Source of the DNA: Laetmonice hystrix
Lineage: Eukaryota
Length of the DNA: 64,000 nt
Direction: 5' to 3'
Assembly (NCBI GenBank): GCA_965235115.1
Contig: OZ249436.1
Coordinates: forward strand, 52,700,001-52,764,000
This document shows positions 26,823 to 36,979 of this stretch, in pieces; the first letter of the stretch is position 1; the number at the start of each line of letters is the position of its first letter. Both the position numbers and the translations under genes were made by a program. Below the pieces are notes generated by a model. That model was not told where the DNA came from. It saw only the letters and a list, made by a program, of their open reading frames with translations, and did not search any database.

Positions 26823-27547
26823 CATGGACGGAGGAGCCACGCCAAAGCCCAAACACGCTAAAAAGGTTGCCTTTGGAACGAGTTTGAGAATGTGCCTCCC
26901 AACTCGAAGTCGAAGTTTACGTCGAAGTTTACGTCGAAGTTATGGTCGGTGTCTCAGTAAATGTATGTACGTCGAGCTGGAAGTCGAAGAATTTCCCTTC
27001 AGGTATTCCATAGCAGGCCTCGGTAGATGTCACCTCAGCTCACCCCTGTCCCACATTTACACTTAGACTCGTCCTGGTCGACTCTCGGCCCGGAACATGG
27101 ATATCCTTTTTGTAAACGTGCTTCACGCCAAGTTGTTGTTTGTGGTGTGAGAGGGATTTGTATTCATCGTTTTTGCTTTTGTATTTGTCGTTTTGAATTT
27201 GTATTCTTCGTTTTGAATTTGTATTTGTCGTTTTTGCTTTTGTATTTGTCGTTTTGCTTTTGTATTCGTCGTTTTGAATTTGTATTTGTCGTTTTGCTTT
27301 TGTATTTGTCGTTTTGCTTTTGTATTCGTCGTTTTGAATTTGTATTCGTCGTTGGCACTAATCGGCCACCGTAGTATAGCGTATATAAGAACGGACCTCC
27401 ATCAACCGCTGTGTATACTAAGGGCATGGTTCATGTAATTACCGTGTCCTTTCAGTACATACAGTGTGTGGCTCATGTTCTCAGTTACTATTTCTCCTTG
27501 ATGATGTCTTGAGGTCAGGACCACCCATGGAACACAATATAGCGGGT

Positions 27548-27800
27548 AATGAGACGTCTTCGCCCGGCGGACTGGCCCAGGTATGTGGCCGTCCGGTGTT
27601 CGTATCTCGGGTGTGTGGGTGTGTGTGTGTGGGGGGGGGGGGTGGCAATGAGACGTCTTCACCTGGTGGACTGGCACAGGTGACCGTCCGGTGTTCGTAT
27701 CTGTGGTGTGTGTGTGGGGGGTGGGGGTGGGGGGGGGGGGGTGGCAATGAGACGTCTTCACCTGGTGGACTGGCACAGGTGACCGTCCGGTGTTCGTATC
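27548..27800. repeat. 99-bp tandem repeat, about 2.6 copies, with G-run/GT spacer
   Basis: AATGAGACGTCTTC.. starts at 27548, 27647, 27746. Confidence 0.9.
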
Positions 27801-27854
27801 CCGGGGGGTGATAGGTCTCTGCGCGGTCATATTATTACTTATCAAATAAGTATA

Positions 27855-28640
27855 GCGTTCGAATACTTAGAATGCGCTTCGAACCCGCCTCGAATGATTC
27901 TTGTACATTCCGGGTGTATTAGCTCGAATGCAGCTCGAATGTAGTTGGAACACAGTAGGAATATTTAGAATATTGTTAGAATGCAGTCAGAATATTTAGA
28001 ATGCACCTCGAATGCCGTACGAGTGCGGTTCGATTGCTGCCCAAATACCGCCCGATGTCTGGTTGGAAGGTGCCTCGAATGCTGTACGAATTCACCTCAA
28101 ATGCAGTCAGAACGCTCCCGGAATGGCCGCCGAATATGGTTCGAACGTCCAAAAATTCAAACAGAATGCAGCTCGAACACTTAGAATGCACTTCGAATGT
28201 ACTTAGAATGTAACACGAATGTCCGAGTATAGATTCCGGCAGCAATCGAGATGCATTCGAGGTGCATTCCGGCGCATTCGAGGCGCATTCGGGACATTCT
28301 GGCAGGATTTGAAGTGGCTTGCCGTTTCGATTCTGCCTCGAATGCGATCAGAATGTTTCGAATGCTGTTGAAATGCCGTAAGAATATTTAGAATGGAGTC
28401 AGAATGCATTTAGAATACACTTCGAATGCCGTTCGATATTTTTCCCCTTCGAATGCACCTCGAAAGTTTTGAGCATGAGCAAAACATTCGGGCCGGCCAC
28501 AAGAATGGGCCCGAATATTTGGAATGCACTCAGAATGCAGTCAGAACTTTGAGAATGCACTTCGAATATCCAGGAATATACCAAGAATTTTCATTCCGAC
28601 AGCATTCTGGCTCATTCCGCCTCTAGTGTGACTAGGGTAT
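27855..28640. mobile_element. Truncated Harbinger-like MITE rich in TCGAATGC / TAGAATGCA subrepeats
   Basis: Subrepeats in both orientations; single terminus CTAGTGTGACTAGGGTATTA at 28623-28642; left TIR absent. Confidence 0.55.
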
Positions 28641-28997
28641 TAGTCCTTCTAGATCCCGCGGACAAGCCAGAGGAGGGCAATGTTATTTCCTTCCACTCGA
28701 TGGCCTACGTGTTATATTATTATGTTGAAGGGGGGTAATACTGACAGGATTTCTGCGATCTAATAATCTAAGAATAGATTCTGACTCGCCTGACCTATTT
28801 CATTCCTGATAAACGACAGTGACAGGACACTGAACCACGGGGGCCATAAGCTTCTGCCCACGCGAGTTTATAATAGACGAGAGCCGCCCCCTCTTTTGTT
28901 TAATGAAAGCCTGTGCTGATCCAAAGTGCGACCTGCGAAATTGAAAGTGCCCTGTTTTGAAGGATTTCTATCTTCTTCAACCTGCTCAGGGAGTAAA

Positions 28998-29159
28998 CAG
29001 GGCCGTAGAATACATGGGGGGGGGGGGCAGTAGGCCTGCCACGTGATAGCGCGTCATTGCGCCGGTCGAGCTGGCCCGGGGTGTGGGTTAAAAAAAACAC
29101 AAAAAACTGGAAATCCCAGGGGGCAGCTGCCCCCCTGCCCCCCGCAGGCTACGGCCCTG
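28998..29159. mobile_element. 162-bp MITE inserted in the RT fragment, 6-bp TSD (AGTAAA/AGTATA)
   Basis: Perfect 11-bp TIR CAGGGCCGTAG / CTACGGCCCTG; removing it plus 6 bp restores FIYSLSRLKKIEILQNRAL. Confidence 0.85.
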
Positions 29160-29537
29160 AGTATATAAAGTCATTGTAGTTAAATAGTGGGAGTATAGTA
29201 GATTTGTATATAGATAATGCAGTGTCGATGTTAATTAGATATCTAATTTCAGCTATAACAATTTTGCTTTTAATTGATCTGCTTATTTTGTTACACTGCG
29301 GTACTCCGGTGAGGCGTAGATCGAATATCGTACCTAAATATTTATGCTCGGTAACCTTTTGTAGGATATGGTCATCTAGTTTCAGAATACTGCGTTCTGT
29401 GTCCTGTAGGCATTGTTTGAAGAAGAATTCAATATATTCAGTTTTCTCTTTATTCAAGGATAATTGGTTTATGTTGCACCGTTCGTTAATAGCTAATATG
29501 TCGTTTTGTAAGTAGTTGTAGGCCAGTTCTCTGTCGT

Positions 29538-31090
29538 CATAGGCGGATCCAGGATTTTGTAGGGGGGGGGCCAAGTTTTCCTAAATTTGTTTAGGGGCGA
29601 CACAGTCGTGACTGTACGAGCGCCGAAGGCGCGAAGTCTGCACGTCAAAAAATTTCGAAATTCAAGGTGCAATCCGATGCATTTTGGATCACCAAATAAG
29701 CTATTCAATGACCAATGTGACCAAGGGCAAAAAGGCCAACAGCAACTTTAGCTATAGCATGAAATCATGCCAAGCGTAGCGAGGCAAAAAAAATTTAAGT
29801 GGTTTTTACTGAAAGAAAAAAAACCCTAAATTATAATGTTTGAACCCCCCTAAGTTAAAATGTGTGTATCTGGATTTGTTTAGGGTCGACACATATGTGA
29901 CTGTATGAGCACCGAAGGTGGGAAGTCTGCAAGCGCCGAAGGCGCGAAAGCCTTCCTAGGGGGTCCGGGGGCACGCGCCCCCGGAAAATTTAGAAATTCA
30001 AAGTGCAATTTGTTGCAATCCGATGCATTTTGGAGCACAAAATAAGCTATTCAATGACCAATATGGCCAAGGGCAAAAGGGCCTCCTCAAGTCCAACAGC
30101 AACTTTTGTTATATATGAAACCATGCCGAGCGTAGCGAGGCAAAAAAAATTTTTAAGTGGTTTTTATCTTGCGACTGAAAGAAAAAAAACCTTCTAAATT
30201 ATAATGTTTGAACCCCCTTAAGTTAAAATGTGTGTATCTGGATTTGTTTAGGGGCGACACATACGTGACTGTATGAGCACCGAAGGTGGGAAATCTGCAA
30301 GCGCCGAAGGCGCCAAAGCCTTCTTAAGGGGTCCGGGGGCATGCCCCCGAAAAACTTAGAAATTCAAGGTGTAATTGGTTGCAATCCGATGCGTTTTGGA
30401 GCACAAAATAAGCTATTCAATGACCAATATGACCAAGGGCAAAAGGGCCTCCTCAAGGCCAACAGCAACTTTTGTTATATGAAATCATGCCGAGCGTAGT
30501 AGGCCCTAAGTGGTTTTTATCTTGCGACTGAAAGAAAAAAAAACCTTCTAAATTATAATGTTTGAACCCCCTTAAGTTAAAATGTGTGTATCTGGATTTG
30601 TTTAGGGGCGACACAGATGTGACTGTACGAGCGCCTAAGGCGGGAAGTCTGCAAGCGCCGAAGGCGCGAAGCCTTCCTAGGGGGGTCCGGGGGAATGCCC
30701 CCCCCCCCCCCGAAAAACATAGAAATTTAAGGTGTAATTGGTTGCAATCCGATGCATTTTGGAGCACAAAATAAGCTATTCAAATACCAATATGACCAAG
30801 GGCAAAAGGGCCTCCTCAAGTCCAACAGCAACTTTGGCTAGGCCTATAGCATGAAATCATGCCGAGCGTAGCGAGGCAAATTTTTTTTTCAATGTTTGAA
30901 CGTTTGTTTTAATGTTTGAACCCCCTTAAGTTAAAATGACTCTGGTATCGGTCCCCTCACCCTAGTTCAACCCCCTGGCCACATCATTGGCCAGAGTCAG
31001 TCTAGGCCTATTGGTCCAAACACATGCCACTTTTCTTTTTGGTGGGGGGGGGGGCAAGGCCCCCTTGGCCCCCCCCTGGATCCGCCAATG
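29538..31090. mobile_element. 1553-bp non-autonomous TIR element inserted in the RT fragment, 5-bp TSD (GTCGT)
   Basis: TIR CATAGGCGGATCCAGG / CCTGGATCCGCCAATG; GTCGT at 29533-29537 and 31091-31095; removal restores FAIDTASISKHHDRELAYNYLQND in frame. Confidence 0.9.
29588..30935. repeat. Internal tandem array of a ~290-370 bp unit (about 4 copies) inside the 29538-31090 element
   Basis: TTGTTTAGGGKCGACAC.. recurs near 29588, 29876, 30244, 30598; units carry GCGCCGAAGGCGCG and GGGGGTCCGGGGGCA.GCCCCC motifs. Confidence 0.9.
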
Positions 31091-31263
31091 GTCGTGGTGC
31101 TTTGAGATTGACGCAGTATCGATAGCGAAAGATTGGCTTGGAGAGTGGGTTAAGCAATTAGGGAGGTCGTTTATGTAAATAAGAAAGAGCAGCGGTCCAA
31201 GTACAGAGCCTTGGGTCACCCCTGTAGTCATCACTTGGGGTCGAGACTTGGCTCCCCGAATTA

Positions 31264-31882
31264 CATTCGGGAATCCTCGGCGACCTCTAGCGAGAAAAAG
31301 GGTCTGGTGATCGAGACTAAAGTAGCCTCGGGTGAAATAGGTGCCATTTTGAGCATTGCATCGCGGGTACATTTAGCCGGGACTCTCGACAGCATGGCAG
31401 TGCTTGCAGTATTTTGTCTGCATCAGGCATGGAAGCAACTAAAATAGGCCTACAATGCTTTCCCCGAAGTCAGTGGGCAATATTACAATAGTATCATGTC
31501 ATGATACAACTTAAATTACAACATGATTACAAGTAGTCCTACCATGTGTCGGGCCAGTGTCGTACATGGCGCGGCCATATTGCTTCCCAGAATTTGATAA
31601 ATTACCGTATTGTCGCCCATTTAGGTAAATTGGGTGATTCATTTTTCTTCTTCAAACGTTCCCCTTCATACCAGAAATTTATATTTGCACATACAACGCC
31701 GAAGGAGCAGGTGTCAATAATGCACTACTTCCTGGCTCGATGGGATATGACGGTTCACTCAGTGCCTCGCTACACACCTCCATTTGGCCGTGTATCTGGT
31801 TGCCAAACATGGCCGCTATTCCACCCGAGGGTATATTCGAATAGCAGGAAGTGACGTCATATGCCCGAGGGAGTCCCGAATA
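31264..31882. mobile_element. 619-bp MITE inserted in the RT fragment, 9-bp TSD (CCCGAATTA), Mutator-like by TSD length
   Basis: Termini CATTCGGGAATCCTCGG / CCGAGGGAGTCCCGAATA; CCCGAATTA at 31255-31263 and 31883-31891; removal restores RQQRTLIRGAKSRPQVMTTG. Confidence 0.8.
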
Positions 31883-32161
31883 CCCGAATTAGTGTTCGTT
31901 GTTGTCTGTTATTCAGATATGATTGGAGTACCTTTTGGTGTACTGGCCTATGTTTAATTGTTTTAGCTTATCTGCTAGGTTAATGGTTTACTGTGTCAAA
32001 ACTTTCCTGAAATCAAGAAAGAGCACAGGTACCGTTTCCCTCTTGTCCAGTGACAGGTGTATTTCGTAATACATCACTAAAGTGCGACCTGCGACATCAG
32101 AGAGGTATACATCACCACCACGGGTCGTGGGTCCGAAACTGCCCGTGACGTCATTATGGAG

Positions 32162-32340
32162 CAGTGGCGGATCCAGAAGGTGGTTAGGGGCTTTCCACCC
32201 TTGACAACCCTTGACAACAGATGTTTCTTTTTTCCTCATAGTCCCCATAGACCTTTCGAATTAACCATGCTGACCCCCCCCCCTCCCCTCAAGCAGCTTG
32301 TCCTCTTACCCCCCCCCCCCCCCCCCCGAGGCGTTCATTC
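32162..32340. mobile_element. Orphan left end of a CAGTGGCGGATCCAG-type MITE
   Basis: Terminus read directly; right TIR not found, right boundary approximate. Confidence 0.5.
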
Positions 32341-32811
32341 TAATCCTAGCCTTCATTATCGCTCATTTAGTGACATCACGACCAATCTATCCCAAAGTGA
32401 GGCATTCTCATTTTAAGCTCTTTCCTGTGCAGCTCTTCAACATTTTGGTTAGATCTAGCATATACTCAGCTAACAAAAACGTAACGTAAACGTTCTATTT
32501 AAATGGAGGAATAAATATTTCTAAAGCGTTCCCAAACCGTTTATGTCGGCTAGTTAGCAGGCCCACATATAAATTGTCTACTTTCGCCTTCGCTTTCAAA
32601 GGTGTCCTGTGGCTGTAGGCATTTGTGAATACAACACAATCAGCTTAGAACCCAAATCTAATTACCACACGTCAGTGTTTGTGCGTTATCATATTATTAT
32701 AAGTGTATGTTTCTACGTCTTTTACAAGTCAGCTACTCGTAATCTGAATATAATAGTTCTCATTAATAACGGGCCTCCGCGTGCGCCATGGGTCCCTGGC
32801 GTCATAACCAC

Positions 32812-33500
32812 CTAGCCCCGACAAACAAAGGGATCGAACAGCGTCTCGATGCCCCCTCCCACCGCCGAGAAAGCGTGACGCTGCCGGTCGGCCCCTGGTA
32901 AAGCTATTTTTAGCAGAATAGCCGGCACTAATTTTGGCGCGTGTTGTGAAACCTGATGATCAAGAAGATGACCCACTGTAAGGACGCCCTGCTGCTCGTG
33001 AGTCACTCCATGTCACTCGCAACACTCGCTGGCTCATTACACGCGCGTGCATGTATTCCTGGCGTTCGCGATGCGTGTGTTACGTTCTAGCCGCAGGTGA
33101 GGGAACTGCAAGACTGGTATTTAGAGCAGCGCCTCTAATCCAGCGTGTTGGTTACAGATCTAGCCGATATCTCAAGGTGGAGACGCGTGCTATAAACCAT
33201 CACTGCTGGCATGCAATGCGGCCAAGATCCTGCTAGGAGTTGTAGCCGCCGACGTTTGGCCTGGATCCAGCAAGCACTTCTGACACGGAGTGTCGCCGAC
33301 ACCGTCTGGACGCCCGGCTCTATGCCAAAGTGTACTCATTCTGTAGGCATTTACCTCACCGACCAACAAACCGATTCCTAGAACAGGTCCCTCCTCCACG
33401 ACCTGCCCTCTTATCTTCTATTGGGTATGTCTGATAATATAAGACGTGGATCTCGAGAAGCCACACCTCGACCGATGCCTACACTACAGACTTTCTCATC
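32812..33500 (-). mobile_element. Degenerate LINE APE-endonuclease remnant
   Basis: Minus strand gives EVWL (ETWL-like) then KRAGRGGG (DR..RGGGV-like) with frameshifts; downstream GVLTVGH sits at the GDFN position. Confidence 0.35.
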
Positions 33501-33900
33501 ATTCGTGATGACGGTGCAATACCAACGGCATCCAGGAAAAAAATAGAAGAGTTCTTTGAACACTTGTCATCTAGGTGTAGGTGGTGGTGTTCGGTAAGTA
33601 CTTTTGTATTCTCTGTCTTTTAAACCGTAATATACAGGTGTTCGCCCTGGATAGTATCAGTAGGCCCGAAAATTAATTAACCATAACAACAATATTTCCA
33701 TTACAAAGATTAATCTCAGCAGGGCCGTACAAGACTTGTATCAGGCGCAAGTATTGTAGACTACTATTAAATCTCTAACCCAAGTTAATTGCGATATGTA
33801 AACGACATAATTAATTTACTGGAAAGATTAGATTATAGCACTTCTTCTAAGCCATATGGGTCTGCCGCTGTTTCAAAGGGGGCCCATATACATATACAAT

Positions 33901-34218
33901 AACGGTTTCTGCCAGAAAAAAATTAGGGTACGGACCAGAGGAGGGGTCCAGCGCCAGTGTTGCCATCTATATTCCACACATAAATGCGCTCGCAGGCCCC
34001 ATTACAGGCTGCATGAGAATCTTCCGCCGATCGGCGGAATTCCAATTTTTTTCAAGTGATTTTGGTCATTCTTGAGATCGATGCAAATCCGTTGAGAAAA
34101 ATTTCAGTGTTATGGGGGGGGGGGGGGGTATCCATGACTACCCAACGATTTTGAGGGTACCCTGTAAAAATTTTAGGGTACGGAATTTTACCCATTTCAC
34201 CCTCTGGCGGAAACCCTG
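33901..34218. mobile_element. 318-bp MITE with 5-bp TSD (ACAAT)
   Basis: Right TIR TCTGGCGGAAACCCTG, left degenerate AACGGTTTCTGCCAGA; ACAAT at 33896-33900 and 34219-34223. Confidence 0.75.
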
Positions 34219-34449
34219 ACAATCTTGTTAGTGAGCATCTTTACCTATAGTGTAAGACCATCAAACTGCTGTAATGCAAAATGAAAATTGCATTATTCCT
34301 TTATATATTAGCTCTGTATCGGCCTACTGTAGTTCTGGATAATACCCCACCTCATCCAGAAACCTTCCCAGGAAATCCTACAGCATAGGCTGCATCTTTG
34401 GTATTGTATGGAAACGGACCAGGTTATTGGTATTTTCTGTTTAATACGA

Positions 34450-34600
34450 GCCCTAGCCAAGGTAAAGTACGCTTTGCTAAAGGACGAAGGAGGTTTGTGA
34501 GAGAGTTCATGTATACTTGTAACCCGATTGTGACACCAGATTGTCGGATTCGATCAATTATTCTTCCGAATCCAATGTCTTGTTCCCCCAGTTTCTCTGA
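34450..34600 (-). mobile_element. Possible very degenerate LINE RT remnant
   Basis: EQ..GF followed, after a frameshift, by FV(D)FSKAY-like motif. Confidence 0.3.
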
Positions 34601-35660
34601 TTTGGAGATACGACGATAACTGGTATGATTGGCAGCCTAATCTGATAAGTTTGATGCAACAGTCTTATTTGGGCGAAGGATATAGGCAGTGTCTCCTGCG
34701 GATGGGCATGTGGTCGGGCTGTGAGCTAGAACACGAAGAGGAAGCCAGCCTCGGTCCCATAGATCGGCAAGCACGATAATGGCTCGCAGTGTTTGATGAC
34801 AAATGACTACTGTTGGCTGGTCCATACTAAGTGTTTGTAAAGAAACATCACGGCTATACCCGACTTGAGCGACGGAGTGGGAGTTTTACACACTATCGTC
34901 AGTATCAGCAATATTCTGGGCGAGAATGTTCATGTTTAAGTCAGGGGACCTATTTTACACCCCCGAGTGCCACTTATTATAGGTGAGGATGAACTGAGAG
35001 ACAACGCCGCTCCCGGAGGCAGTGCCTATAGTGACGTTTTTTTAAAGCAGAAGGTACATGTTATATGCTCAGATATGAAAATATGTCAGCCGGTTTTAAA
35101 ACAATTCAGTAACTATGGAGATGTATAACACTTAGTGATTATACCACGCATGACCTTGATTTGTGTTACCTTATATAGTACGTTGTCAGCCGATTTCTCA
35201 AAGTAGCAAAATACTTGTATACATACCAAAGAAATCGGCGAAGGCAATATTTACTAAATCACCTAATTGTGTTAGATTACTGCAGTGGTAGAGAGCTTGG
35301 GCGCTAAAAGCCATGCATAGAGTATTCCCCAACTACGTAAATGACATTGGTCAAGACTTTAATAGTGTACTTGGAAGCTATACGCATGTGTAAAGGTCAC
35401 AGATCCCTGCTAATCCTACTCCTGAATTTGAATCCCCTTCTCGCATTCTGTGAAAACGTTTGCCAGTTGTTTGCTGATAGGTATAAACTCCAGGTGTTAC
35501 CCCTCTCATTCCTCGTCCTTCAACCTTTCATCAGCCCACAGATGGTAGCTTTCAGGCAGTCTTGATATCAACACCCTCAGTCGCATCAGCAGAGGGTCTG
35601 GACCCATTCCCATTTTTGACAACAGCAGGAAACTGAGGTTCTGTTTCCGTTTGCTTTGCA

Positions 35661-35800
35661 ATTTGGATGGAAACATTGAGTCCACCCAATTTGGATGGAA
35701 GCATTGAGTCCACCCAGTTTGGATGGAAACATTGAGTCCACCCAATTTGAATGGAAACATTTAGTCCACCTAATTTGGGTGAAAACATTTAGGTAGGTGG
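35661..35800. repeat. 28-bp minisatellite (ATTTGGATGGAAACATTGAGTCCACCCA), 5 copies
   Basis: Read directly. Confidence 0.92.
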
Positions 35801-36392
35801 ACCAGTGACAGCAACAAAATCCGCGCAATGAAAACAGAAAACGACGAGACGTCGGTCGTCTCAGGCCCGTAGCTGTGCAGGTTTGGCGGTGGGGCCAGAG
35901 CTAGACCGTTTTACAGGTCACTTTCCAGTCTCAAATACCAGATCTTGTATTGAAACGTTCTTAGTTTATACACCTATACATGCAGTAGGTCAATATTCCG
36001 TTGAACGGCTTGCGATAAATAAATTTAATAATTAAAACACCTAGCGCGAAATGAATTCCATACTTAAAACACCTTAAGAAGAACTGAAGCAAGCAAAAGT
36101 TCTTGAAATGTGTACGCTTCAACCTCCCAAACTTTTCCTTTTGGTTAAAATCTGGCATCGTTCTTTCTTCCCAGCATCTGTTCCACCACCTCATACTTAT
36201 GGCAGCCGTTTGAGTGCAAGGACAAAAATTCTTGAGGCCATTCTTTCCCAGCTGTTATGGCTGTTTGAGGCACGTGTTGGACGTGAAGCCTTGAACCAGA
36301 GTGGTGGAGCGGAGAGTTTGCCGACTAGTACTAGGGCACGTTCCTTTGACCTGGGGTGGCCGTGTTATGCCGTGTGAAGCACGAGCTTTTTC

Positions 36393-36411
36393 CGACCACC
36401 AGGTGGCGGGC
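36393..36411 (+). promoter_or_regulatory. CTCF-like motif (CGACCACCAGGTGGCGGGC)
   Basis: CCACCAGGTGGCG matches the core consensus; motif only. Confidence 0.45.
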
Positions 36412-36918
36412 TTCTTTGAGGGAGTGTAAAAGGGTGGGAGGTGAACTGCAGAGTGGGTTCAGCCGACTGGGGTAGGTGGGGTGGGTTGAGGAGGGGTGGG
36501 CTACTGCTCACCCCCTCTCACCTATGGTATATCTGCCCCGACCCTGGATGTATCGAGACATCTGCAGCTGCTGCTCTCTAAAGACCTAAGCCAAGATAAA
36601 ATAGACGTTTCCCAGACCGGCAGTCTGCATGGATAAAGACAAAGGCCCGAACTACAGCCAAGAAACCGCAGTCGTATCAACGAGACGTCTCGTTGGTCAT
36701 GAAGTAGACGTCTAGTATTCTTCTTCTCCTCCTCCTCCTTCTCCTTCCTTCCTTCCATGCCCTGCGCTTTATCGTTGAGATTTGCTCTCCCTTTCCTGTA
36801 TTTTTGCTCACTTATTCTTCCAATAGAATAGAAATATTCTCGGCCGTGAAGACTAACAATAAATATCGTTGTGTGAAGTAGATAAGAGGGGAGGCCCAGC
36901 CACCAAGTTAGGATGGAA

Positions 36919-36979
36919 ATGTGACAAGTTGGTACATTGGTAGAGCGATGTGACAAGTTGGTACATTGGTAGAGCGATG
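36919..36979. repeat. 29-bp perfect tandem duplication
   Basis: ATGTGACAAGTTGGTACATTGGTAGAGCG twice. Confidence 0.9.

Larger units (their letters stand above)
25379..27373. mobile_element. Composite non-autonomous TIR element with 6-bp TSD (GTATAG), 1995 bp
   Basis: ~35-bp TIR TACGGTGGCCGRTTAGTGCCAACGACGAWTACAAA; subterminal AAAACGACAAATACAAA-type repeats inverted at both ends; GTATAG at 25373-25378 and 27374-27379. Confidence 0.85.
28939..32078 (-). mobile_element. Inactive LINE (CR1/L2/Crack-type) reverse-transcriptase fragment, about 0.79 kb once three nested MITEs are removed
   Basis: Motifs FLDFRK(A)FDTVNH, SYLNNRQQ, GVTQGSVLGPLLFLIYINDLP, FAIDT (YADD position mutated), LNKEKT, KYLG..D, LQNRAL; one frameshift and a stop near 31990; flanked by a 16-bp direct repeat. 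Confidence 0.92.

Noticed and set aside
33480-33600. Plus-strand FLIIRDDG..IEEFFEHL as a Penelope RT motif or exon ending at GTAAGT
   Set aside because: Single short motif; the adjacent minus strand fits a LINE endonuclease remnant better
35280-35320. tRNA/SINE-like A-box CAGTGGTAGAG
   Set aside because: No B-box or cloverleaf downstream
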